DNA of 64,000 nucleotides, taken from sequence record MN871449.1. One strand, written 5' to 3'. Under the pieces are notes generated by a model that was given only the letters and a program-made list of their open reading frames with translations, made no database searches and was not told the origin of the DNA. Made by a program: the position numbers and the translations under genes. Shown here in pieces: positions 46,711-55,088 of the stretch; position 1 is the stretch's first letter, and every line of letters begins with the position of its first letter.

Positions 46711-48981
46711 ATGAGAGAAAAGTTACCTAATGAACATCAAATGGATGTTGATCTGATAGGGACAGCCACTCACCTCGGACCCTGGGCAGTTTGTACTTCG
46801 CCTTCTCGTTTGGTTATGCTGGCATCGCAGATACAGCAAAAACTGATCACAAAAGGGATCAATCGACCCCGCTTTTTCGTGGGTGTTGAGAAAGAGTATG
46901 CCGAATATACTTTCGGTTGTCGTGTTCAGTTCCCTGCGGAAGTGATTGCGGTAATCGACAAGTTTGAGGTGGGTCGAGGTTCCGAGAGTTTTAAAAGTAA
47001 CCCGAAAAAGATTGTTATCGTACGTAACATGGAAACGCGTGAATACGACTACCTGGACTACGATACCTATTGTTCCCATCACACTAGCTTCGGCTTTGAA
47101 TTCGTCCCGGTCATAGAGAATCAAAAACTCATGCGGCCTGGCGAGATTCTTCAGCGAGGAGTTCGACTCAATCGTTCTCCGGGGGTAACGCCAGACGGCG
47201 ATTACATTTATTCTACCCGTACCAAAACAACCTTCCAAAGTCATCACGCTGTGACCGAAGACGGTTTTCTGGTGTCAGAAGAATGGTGTAAGGAGAATCA
47301 GACCACGGGCTTTGGCGAGGTCACGATTATTGTTCCTAAAGGTAAGTACCCGATCAATACCTACGGGAACAGTAAACGTTATCGTCCTCTTCCGTTACCA
47401 GGTGAGCAGATTCGTAAAGACGGACTCTTAATGGCGCTGCGCGAATATGACGACATGTTAGGTTGTGTCGAAATGACAGCGGAAGCCATGGAAGATTACG
47501 ACTACTATTTCGATGAGAAATATTTTATCGAAGCAGGCGTTGAGAATGCGCGAGTCGTTGATATCGACCTGTGGATGTCTGATGGGGATAAACTTGATGC
47601 CATGCCGGAGTTTACCGGGAAAGAATACGGTGAAGATGATGCGATCACACGTCTGTGGAAAGCGAAATTGCGTTACATGGATGCGATCGTCAAAGTCTAT
47701 CGTCAACTGCGTCGTGAAGCAGGGCAAGGAAAGGAACCCGCACTGTCGAAGAAACTCCATCGTCTTATCACTGATGCAATCGTCTTCACTTCGGCCCCAG
47801 AAGGAAAACGACGTTTCCGTTTAAAGAAACAGAGCATCCCCACGCTGTACGTGAAGATCTCTTTCATGTACGACATCACCCCCACTATCGGTTATAAGCT
47901 CTCGACTGACTATGGCATGAAAGGCGTTATCTGTGCGAAGAAACCTCGTGCTAAAATGCCGCGTTATGAAGACGGAACGACTGCTGACCTGATCGTTGAC
48001 GGTTTCAGTATTGCAAACCGAATGAACCCCAGTATGTTCATCGAGCAGTATTGTAATTACATCGCCGAACAGAGGGTGGAGAAACCGATTCGTGCCATGC
48101 TGAAGGAGAGTAAGAGTAAGGAGACGTATCTCGAATGTTACGAATTACTTCGTCGTTATTATCGGGCGGCGACGCCTGTTTATCTCGATAAGATTGATCA
48201 GCAAAACTGGTCGTTTGATCGGATTAAACAACACGTTGATGCCGTGGCAGAAGATGCGATTTTCGCCTATATGCCACCGTACACACCGGGCCTGGGGGCA
48301 GAACAATGTCGGCGGTTACGTGAGGCATTTCCTGAACCGGTTGAGCATGTTACCTGGATCAATGATCTGGGCGAACGTGTTACCAGTACGAAGCCAACGA
48401 TGATCGGGGAAATCAAGGTCATTGTCCTTGAGAAAACCGGCCATGACTGGGGTGCAGTGGATATCGCTAAACGACAGGTGCATGGTGTTCCTACCAAGCC
48501 TTCCGGTCGTGAGCGTTTCAACTTACCTTTCCGTAAAATCCCGTTCCGTCTCTTCGGTGAATCGGAGATTCGAAACTATGTTGGTATCGTTGGCGGGAAG
48601 TGGGCGGCTGATATGCTGGATCGTGCCAATAACCCGAAAGCGCAGGAATACCAATGGAGTAAGATTATCTCTGCGGAAAACCCTGTTGATCTCGATTTCT
48701 GTATTGACCGTAACGAGATCCCGCTGGGTAACAGCATGGCGCTGAACTATCTGAACAATACACTCTATTGCTCAGGGGTGAAAATGGCGTACATGAACGT
48801 GGATAACATTACCCCAGTGGAAGAAGAGAAAATCCGAGCGGCAACCCGAACCAAGCCGGGTTACAGAGACGATTTCTCCGACATTCCTGAAATAGAAATC
48901 AACTACGATGAAGACCCGGAACTGGAAGATGAGTTTGAAATTCCAGAAGAAGATAACGACGCGCTCGAAGAGGATGAATAA
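46711..48981 (+). CDS. Non-virion RNAP beta subunit, C-terminal part (phiKZ gp71-73-like)
   Basis: RLVMLASQIQQ, TEDGF, GYKLSTDYGMKGVI, NRMNPS and RLFGESE correspond to RpoB RALMGSNMQRQ, EDA, GDKxxxRHGxKG, SRMNxG and RFGEME. Confidence 0.92.
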   Translation: MREKLPNEHQMDVDLIGTATHLGPWAVCTSPSRLVMLASQIQQKLITKGINRPRFFVGVEKEYAEYTFGCRVQFPAEVIAVIDKFEVGRGSESFKSNPKKIVIVRNMETREYDYLDYDTYCSHHTSFGFEFVPVIENQKLMRPGEILQRGVRLNRSPGVTPDGDYIYSTRTKTTFQSHHAVTEDGFLVSEEWCKENQTTGFGEVTIIVPKGKYPINTYGNSKRYRPLPLPGEQIRKDGLLMALREYDDMLGCVEMTAEAMEDYDYYFDEKYFIEAGVENARVVDIDLWMSDGDKLDAMPEFTGKEYGEDDAITRLWKAKLRYMDAIVKVYRQLRREAGQGKEPALSKKLHRLITDAIVFTSAPEGKRRFRLKKQSIPTLYVKISFMYDITPTIGYKLSTDYGMKGVICAKKPRAKMPRYEDGTTADLIVDGFSIANRMNPSMFIEQYCNYIAEQRVEKPIRAMLKESKSKETYLECYELLRRYYRAATPVYLDKIDQQNWSFDRIKQHVDAVAEDAIFAYMPPYTPGLGAEQCRRLREAFPEPVEHVTWINDLGERVTSTKPTMIGEIKVIVLEKTGHDWGAVDIAKRQVHGVPTKPSGRERFNLPFRKIPFRLFGESEIRNYVGIVGGKWAADMLDRANNPKAQEYQWSKIISAENPVDLDFCIDRNEIPLGNSMALNYLNNTLYCSGVKMAYMNVDNITPVEEEKIRAATRTKPGYRDDFSDIPEIEINYDEDPELEDEFEIPEEDNDALEEDE

Positions 48982-50948
48982 TGCAAGTTGTGTGGGCAGA
49001 AGACATCGTACACTGGACCGAGGAAGAACTCTGGAAAAAGGAACACGACCACGATCGATTTCGTTTAGTCTTCAGTGATGGCGAGATCATTACAGATTGG
49101 TCGCAGACGATTGTTAGTTGGTATTTCTGGGAGGTATTTCGAGACTACCCTGACGCACAAATCAGTATTCGTCATCATCTCTGGGATGACTTTGATTCGC
49201 CGGGGTTGGAATTAAAAATCCTCAACCGCATGAAGGAGGTTGTTCTCGAAGCGTATCCGCATGAAGACATTGAAAACCTACAGGCTGCTATCTATCGCGG
49301 CAATAACCGGTTACACAATGCCTTCACGACGCGCGGCGAGGCGTATATCGATACCGTTGATGTTCTGACGTTATTGGATATCTACGACCGCCCTGAGATC
49401 CAGAATGCGCTCTATAACATGGAACCGAGCCCTGGCGGGGTCAACCGTGCATACGGGGTGATTTCCCGTGTGATTGCCACTGACCCCTTCTTACAAGGGA
49501 ACAGCATGGCGCTGGCCTGTCACATCGGTCAGACGAAGATGGCGCAGTTCCATCAGGTCATCGGGAAACGAGGGTGGTGTTCTGAAGTTGATCAGAGCAT
49601 CTTCCCTAACGTCGTCAATGCGGGGTTCTTCGAAGGGATACATCGGGCCAGTTTCTTTGCCATGATCTCCAGAGACGCCTCTAAAGCGCTCCAGGCGACG
49701 GACGATCCCGTTAAGCAGACGGAGTACTATAACCGTGAACTGCAGCTCTTTACGTACGTTGTGAAGAGTATTTGGATGGGGGATTGTGGAAGTACGGAAA
49801 CGATCCCGTGGACGGTGAAGAAAAACGAACTGGATAATATCTTACCCGGTAAGTTTTATCTCACTGAAACAGGACAACTCAAAGCCATTAAGGCAGGAGA
49901 CGTCTTCCTGGTAGGGAAAACGATCCAGCTGCGGAATGTGGCGTGTTGTTGGCACCCCGATGACGGTGTAGTCTGTAGCACCTGTATGGGCCAGTTGGCG
50001 CGGTCCGTACAACGAGGCACTAACCTGGGCCATGCGGCAACCGTAACCCAGAACGAAAAGGTCTCTCAGGACGTTATCTCGACGAAACACCTTCTGCGCT
50101 CTGCTGAGACGGAAGGTTTTGAAATCGATCCGTTCTATAAGGACTATATGGTCAATGCGTCGGATATTTCTGAGCTGATGCTGTCTGAGGCGATCTGGAA
50201 TCATCATGTGGAAATCGAAATCGATATGGCGTATCTGCCACGTCTTTCCGATATTCATGCGATGACCGAGTTCAGTCAAAATGACCTCCGTCGTATTTCA
50301 GGCGTAGAAGACGTCATGATCATCGTTCACCAAGGCGATGTCAAAGGGACTATCAAGGAAGAATTGATCGCTACAAGTCATTCGTCTTATAAACCGTTCT
50401 TAACCGCTGCCTTTATTCAGCACATGAAGGATTACGGTTTCCAGAACTTAGGGCGTAAGATTCGGGTTGATCTGAAAAACTGGGACCCTTCAGAAAGTAT
50501 TCTGAAATTCCCGGAACGTCATAGCTCGACGCTCGAGATGATGATGGAGTTAAAATCCAATATCTTCATGTCGAGTAAAGAATCGAAAGAGCGGTTACGG
50601 TATGACTTAACCGACCCTGACATTCTGGCAATGGCGTTGAAAGACATCTCGGAAATGACGAACCGTAAGTTCTCGGTTAACCTGGCGATTGTGGAAATTG
50701 TCCTTTACGCCATGATGTCGCGTGATCCGAAGAACGGCGATTTCCGTTTACCGAAGAAAGGGACGGGACGTTACTTCGCTACGAAATCCGATATCATGTC
50801 TGGACGGAGTCTCTCGGTGAAATGTGCTTACGAGAAGCAGTATCAAAACATGCTCTCTCCGGGCTCGTATGACCCGATTAAAGAGAACCATCCTTTCGAC
50901 TATCTGTTGTTGGATGTCGATAAGGAAATGCGTTTAAAACGTATCTAA
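48981..50948 (+). CDS. Non-virion RNAP beta-prime subunit, C-terminal part (phiKZ gp74-like)
   Basis: Bridge-helix-like KQTEYYNRELQL, DCGS, Zn motif CC...VCSTCMG, trigger-loop-like QDVISTKH. Confidence 0.9.
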   Translation: MQVVWAEDIVHWTEEELWKKEHDHDRFRLVFSDGEIITDWSQTIVSWYFWEVFRDYPDAQISIRHHLWDDFDSPGLELKILNRMKEVVLEAYPHEDIENLQAAIYRGNNRLHNAFTTRGEAYIDTVDVLTLLDIYDRPEIQNALYNMEPSPGGVNRAYGVISRVIATDPFLQGNSMALACHIGQTKMAQFHQVIGKRGWCSEVDQSIFPNVVNAGFFEGIHRASFFAMISRDASKALQATDDPVKQTEYYNRELQLFTYVVKSIWMGDCGSTETIPWTVKKNELDNILPGKFYLTETGQLKAIKAGDVFLVGKTIQLRNVACCWHPDDGVVCSTCMGQLARSVQRGTNLGHAATVTQNEKVSQDVISTKHLLRSAETEGFEIDPFYKDYMVNASDISELMLSEAIWNHHVEIEIDMAYLPRLSDIHAMTEFSQNDLRRISGVEDVMIIVHQGDVKGTIKEELIATSHSSYKPFLTAAFIQHMKDYGFQNLGRKIRVDLKNWDPSESILKFPERHSSTLEMMMELKSNIFMSSKESKERLRYDLTDPDILAMALKDISEMTNRKFSVNLAIVEIVLYAMMSRDPKNGDFRLPKKGTGRYFATKSDIMSGRSLSVKCAYEKQYQNMLSPGSYDPIKENHPFDYLLLDVDKEMRLKRI

Positions 50949-50952
50949 GGTG

Positions 50953-50986
50953 AAAGAAGGAGGGGTAATTCCCTCCTTCTTTTTTT
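50953..50986 (+). terminator. Intrinsic terminator
   Basis: AAAGAAGGAGGG-GTAATT-CCCTCCTTCTTTTTTT. Confidence 0.8.
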
Positions 50987-51013
50987 GTTTTATCTACGGT
51001 ATTTTTACACTAA

Positions 51014-53197
51014 GTGAGTAATTCCTATAGAGACCTATACCTAGAGAAAAGAATCTACGAGATTCGATTATCACCTGTGAGGGCTAAGACATTGGATCTA
51101 CGTATCACGCAATATAGCCACTACTTTTCCGTTTTTGCCTATACCGCCAAAGGCCGACAATTCCGTCGACAATTCACTGAGCACTTTATTGAGAAAAACT
51201 TAGTGAAGAAACGTGGGCGATTCCGAATGGAACCTACCAAGGTTTACGCACGCCGAGACCTTGAAACGGAAGAGACGTGTTTCCACATCAACACACTGGA
51301 ACGCTTTAAACAGGAAGCGGAAAAATACCAATGGAATGGCTGCACGTTTGAAATCGATGTTGTCCCGATGTACGAACCGGTGAAGTTTGAGTTTGAGATG
51401 GACTTCACGCCGTGGGATAACCAGGTGCCGATTATTGAATTCGGTTCGGGTCCCGGTATCCAGAAAGCGATCACCGCAGAGCCTGGGTTCGGTAAGGCTC
51501 AGACACTTTCTTCTAAAATCAGAGTCCCTGGCGGTTGGTTAACCATGGGCGAGATGAAAGTCGGGCAACAGGTTGTGACACCTAAGGGACGCCTCGCTTC
51601 TGTCATCGGGGTCTTCCCGCAGGGCGTGACCGACGTCTGGCGTATCCACTTTGCTGATGGGCGGTATACCGATGTTAACCCGGAACATCTCTGGTCAGTA
51701 CGAGAAAACGAGGAACAACAAGATAAAGTTATCACGACCCGCGAAATAAAAGACCGGCTAGGGGAAAGTTCTTTCTCTGTGCCGCTCATTCTCGGTCAGA
51801 CTTTACCTGCCGACTTCCGAATGGTAACAGAGACCTCGCAGGACGAAATGGAGTTTACGGTTAGTTTAGGGGGCCTTGAATTGTTGGAGGCAATACAATA
51901 TACCGCACGGGCTTATGGTGGCCTTGCCTACTTAGATGAGGCAAGGGACACATTACGTGTCGATTTCACCCAAGAGCGGTTAGCTATTACTTCAATCGAA
52001 GAACGCGAGCCTGAGGCCACTCAGTGCATCATGATTGATGACCCTGAACATCTCTACATCACCGATGACTATATCGTGACCCATAACACGGCTTGTTCAT
52101 TGGCGATGGCAAAGAATAACGGAACCCGTTTTGCGGTGGTAACACTCGGCGGCTACGAGGATAGATGGATACCGGAGTTTTACGCTAAACTCAATCTCAA
52201 GCCGGAAGAGGTTCGATCGTGTTGTGGTTGTGTAAAGCTCTATCGTTTATTACGGGAAGCGAAGACCACCGGCATTGATAATGTTAAGGCGATTTTCATT
52301 TCCACGGCCACGTTGAGGGACTTTTACAAGAACTGGAATAACGGGAGAGTGGTTGGGACTGATTGCGAAGATATCAATCCGAGAGATCTCTGGGAGTTTC
52401 TGGGGATAGGTCTGGTTATCATTGATGAAGCGCATAAAGAGATTCATGCGAACTTTGTCTCTGATCTCTATTCGCATGTTCCGAAAAAGATCTACTTGAC
52501 CGCGACGTTATTGGCTAAGATGGATTTTCAACTTTTCATCTACGAAACCTTCTTACCGAAAAAACTGCGGCGAAATGGCGGGCAACCGAGTAGGTATATT
52601 GATCTGGTGAAAGTCCAGTATAATCTGAAGGATTGGCAGAAAGCGAAAGTCGTCGGAGGTCAAGGGTCTTACAGTCATACGACGTACGAAGCCTGGATCA
52701 TGGCAGACAGGCAACGAGAGCAACGGTGGCAGGAATCGCTTTTTGATTACACCAAGGATAACTGGTTAGAGAAGAGGAAAAAGGAACATAAGCTGCTAAT
52801 CTTCTCGGCGACTATTGAGATGTGCCAGCGCCTGGCAACATTCTTCAGGAAACGTCTCCCGGAACTGGTGATCAACTCCTTTACATCAGGAGACGATTAT
52901 CAATTGTTACTGGATTCGGATATCATTTTCAGTACGATTGGTAAATCCGGTACCGCGGTGGATATCCCTAACTTGACGCAAGCCTATCTGACCGTTGCGA
53001 TTGACTCACCGAACGCGAACGTTCAGGCGTTAGGGCGTTTACGTGAACTCAAAGGGGAGAAGAAATTCCCACAGAGTTATCATTGCTTTGTTTGCATGAA
53101 CATTGATAAACATCTCGATTACTGGCGGAGTAAAGAAGCACTCTTCCGGGGAAGGGTATTGAGCACACGTACCGCACACTTGAATCAGATCATCTAA
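51014..53197 (+). CDS. SF2 DEAH-box helicase (UvsW/Rad25-like, phiKZ gp75 position) containing an intein
   Basis: Walker A EPGFGK|T (split by the intein), IIDEAH, LTAT, STIGKSGTAVDIP, QALGRLR. Confidence 0.9.
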   Translation: MSNSYRDLYLEKRIYEIRLSPVRAKTLDLRITQYSHYFSVFAYTAKGRQFRRQFTEHFIEKNLVKKRGRFRMEPTKVYARRDLETEETCFHINTLERFKQEAEKYQWNGCTFEIDVVPMYEPVKFEFEMDFTPWDNQVPIIEFGSGPGIQKAITAEPGFGKAQTLSSKIRVPGGWLTMGEMKVGQQVVTPKGRLASVIGVFPQGVTDVWRIHFADGRYTDVNPEHLWSVRENEEQQDKVITTREIKDRLGESSFSVPLILGQTLPADFRMVTETSQDEMEFTVSLGGLELLEAIQYTARAYGGLAYLDEARDTLRVDFTQERLAITSIEEREPEATQCIMIDDPEHLYITDDYIVTHNTACSLAMAKNNGTRFAVVTLGGYEDRWIPEFYAKLNLKPEEVRSCCGCVKLYRLLREAKTTGIDNVKAIFISTATLRDFYKNWNNGRVVGTDCEDINPRDLWEFLGIGLVIIDEAHKEIHANFVSDLYSHVPKKIYLTATLLAKMDFQLFIYETFLPKKLRRNGGQPSRYIDLVKVQYNLKDWQKAKVVGGQGSYSHTTYEAWIMADRQREQRWQESLFDYTKDNWLEKRKKEHKLLIFSATIEMCQRLATFFRKRLPELVINSFTSGDDYQLLLDSDIIFSTIGKSGTAVDIPNLTQAYLTVAIDSPNANVQALGRLRELKGEKKFPQSYHCFVCMNIDKHLDYWRSKEALFRGRVLSTRTAHLNQII
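51497..52087 (+). mobile_element. Class-3 (Ala-initiated) mini-intein, 197 aa, with a degenerate homing endonuclease remnant
   Basis: Starts AQTLSSKI right after GFGK and ends HLYITDDYIVTHN followed by Thr+1; block B EHLW, block F TQCIMID, block G Thr (WCT triplet). Confidence 0.92.
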
Positions 53198-53200
53198 GTA

Positions 53201-53245
53201 AGGCACACGACTGAGAGAGGCAAAACCTCTCTCAGTCGTGTGCCT
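53201..53245. repeat. Perfect 20-bp inverted repeat
   Basis: AGGCACACGACTGAGAGAGG-CAAAA-CCTCTCTCAGTCGTGTGCCT. Confidence 0.9.
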
Positions 53246-53311
53246 GTGTAATTATTTTGTTATCGTTAAAATAGTAAGAAGTTAATTAACCAGTGAAGTT
53301 GGTTTAAAACA

Positions 53312-53328
53312 TATATTACCTTAATAGA
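53312..53328 (+). promoter_or_regulatory. Early promoter motif (variant second box)
   Basis: TATATTAC-CT-TAATAGA followed by leader hairpin AGAGCT-AACAGGA-AGCTCT. Confidence 0.6.
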
Positions 53329-53373
53329 GCTAACAGGAAGCTCTGTAAGCGATTTCATTTTCAGGGGAATAAA

Positions 53374-53856
53374 ATGACTCGTCCAAAACTAATAAAAAGC
53401 GTAGAAACTATCACGGAACGTTTTAAAGAGGCTTTCGTACAGATTAACGACAGCAGTGAGATTTATCGTTTGTGTCTGGAACACGAACTCTATTTGTACA
53501 AAGGGAAAATGTTAGAGGCGCTCTACGACCAACGACGGGGAGAGATTCCATGTCGAGCGATTTTCTACCGGGAAGACGCTGTTGTGGTATTAATACCGGG
53601 AGAGCGAGGGAACAAACGAGTCTGGGAAGGAATGCTTTACGTGAGGTCTGGTTATCGGGGAACCGGCTTAGCAGTAGAATTGGTAAAAGCGATTATGGCA
53701 GAGGCAGAAGATAAAGAAGTCTATTGGCATCCATGGGATTTGCAAAGTTGTGGCTTCTTCACGAAATTAAAACGAGAAGGGGTTTTAAACGAGACGCATT
53801 TCGATGGCAAGGCGCGGGCCATGTTCAAAGCCGCCAGCCTGGTTCGGCGCTGCTGA
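53374..53856 (+). CDS. GNAT-family acetyltransferase
   Basis: LYVRSGYRGTGLAVELV fits the acetyl-CoA-binding motif A; SCGFFTKL fits the A..FY.K.G motif B. Confidence 0.7.
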   Translation: MTRPKLIKSVETITERFKEAFVQINDSSEIYRLCLEHELYLYKGKMLEALYDQRRGEIPCRAIFYREDAVVVLIPGERGNKRVWEGMLYVRSGYRGTGLAVELVKAIMAEAEDKEVYWHPWDLQSCGFFTKLKREGVLNETHFDGKARAMFKAASLVRRC

Positions 53857-53892
53857 TCGCCCCGCCTATTCACTTATACCGAACGGCAATCT

Positions 53893-53925
53893 CTCTCCTG
53901 ACGGAGGGAAGGAGAGTTTTATTTC
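53893..53925 (+). terminator. Probable terminator after the GNAT gene
   Basis: CTCTCCT...AGGAGAG then TTTTATTT. Confidence 0.5.
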
Positions 53926-54064
53926 TTTCTATCGAAAGATTCTTTAAAATTGTTAATTCAAGGATTAAATAAACTAAGAAATAAATATTCCTAATCTATT
54001 CTCTCTAACGTTCGAATAGAGGAAATTAAAATTTTACTACTTTTATTATTATGAACAAAATTGA

Positions 54065-54188
54065 AACCGGCAAGAAGAGAGGAGTGAAGGGAACGAGAGC
54101 GAGAGTAGTGTAGTAGACTCACACTCGTAGAGGGGGAGGATACGGAACGGAGCGAGATCGAGTAGACTGAACGACATCCTTGCCGGTT
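54065..54188. other. Purine-skewed non-coding element bounded by a 10-bp inverted repeat
   Basis: AACCGGCAAG (54065) / CTTGCCGGTT (54179); internal repeats GGAACG, GAGCGAGA and AGTAGACT at about 50-nt spacing; AT-rich flanks. Confidence 0.6.
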
Positions 54189-54305
54189 ACTGGGGTTGAC
54201 CTATTCTTTTAGGGTAATCATTTTTTAAATACTATTTGATTAACTATTTATCGGAGTCCGTGAGGGACTTCGTTTTATGCTCTTAAAATACCAAAAGGAG
54301 GAGAA

Positions 54306-54986
54306 ATGACCGAAGCTCAGTTGTACGTACAAGATTGCTTAAAAACGTTGATTACATTATTTCATCTGACAGGACCGAAATACGAAACCGTAGACGAGAG
54401 TCGATTCATTCTCAGCAACGGGTGCTGTTATCAGGTTCGACAAGCGCTGAGTGTCGCGCTTCTGAAGAAAGGCTATAGCGCCGTCTGGAATGACCACGGC
54501 TGGCACGCGTGGATTGAGGTCGATGGGAAAGCCTTCGATTCGCTCCAACCCCTGGGCTATAGTACCAGTGTCAGCGAGTATTGGTTGGTCGGTGAGATGT
54601 TCCCGAATATGGATGTGGAACACGATGGTTCAGGGCACGTAGTGGATTGGGATAAAGTGGCACTCTCTCCCTACGCTCGTTTAACTGTAGCGCTCAAAGC
54701 GTTTGTGCGGTACTACGGGTTGGCGGTAGAACCTCAAAGACGAAAAGCAAATCGTTACAAGCTCCGGCGGTTTCAAAGGCGTTTAGAAAAGAGACAGAAG
54801 GCAGGTATCGATGTCGTCGTGACGACCTATCCGATCTCCAGTCCGAACGCGTACTTTACTGACTCGATCGAACCTGTGGATAATGGTCGGGTATTGTTAC
54901 CGTATCCGTATCGATTGAGTCATCGGTTTTGGATGTCCCGGGTAAAAGACCTGAAGAAAAGAAATCTCCCTATTTGGCAACGTTAA
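54306..54986 (+). CDS. Transglutaminase/papain-like Cys-His-Asp protein
   Basis: NGCCYQV...WHAWIEVDGKAFDSLQPLG fits G.C...HAW.E....D; GGAGGAG RBS. Confidence 0.6.
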   Translation: MTEAQLYVQDCLKTLITLFHLTGPKYETVDESRFILSNGCCYQVRQALSVALLKKGYSAVWNDHGWHAWIEVDGKAFDSLQPLGYSTSVSEYWLVGEMFPNMDVEHDGSGHVVDWDKVALSPYARLTVALKAFVRYYGLAVEPQRRKANRYKLRRFQRRLEKRQKAGIDVVVTTYPISSPNAYFTDSIEPVDNGRVLLPYPYRLSHRFWMSRVKDLKKRNLPIWQR

Positions 54987-55088
54987 CCATTTTCTTTGTT
55001 TAGAGGTATCTTTGGTCGGGTTTGAAGAGAAAACCGCTGAGGATGGATTCTGTGAAGCATTTAACGATAATGAGAACAGGAGAAGAAA

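Noticed and set aside
35222-50948. Group I introns or homing endonucleases in the nvRNAP genes, as in phiKZ
   Set aside because: All subunit ORFs are continuous with the expected motifs in order and there is no intervening HNH or GIY-YIG ORF.
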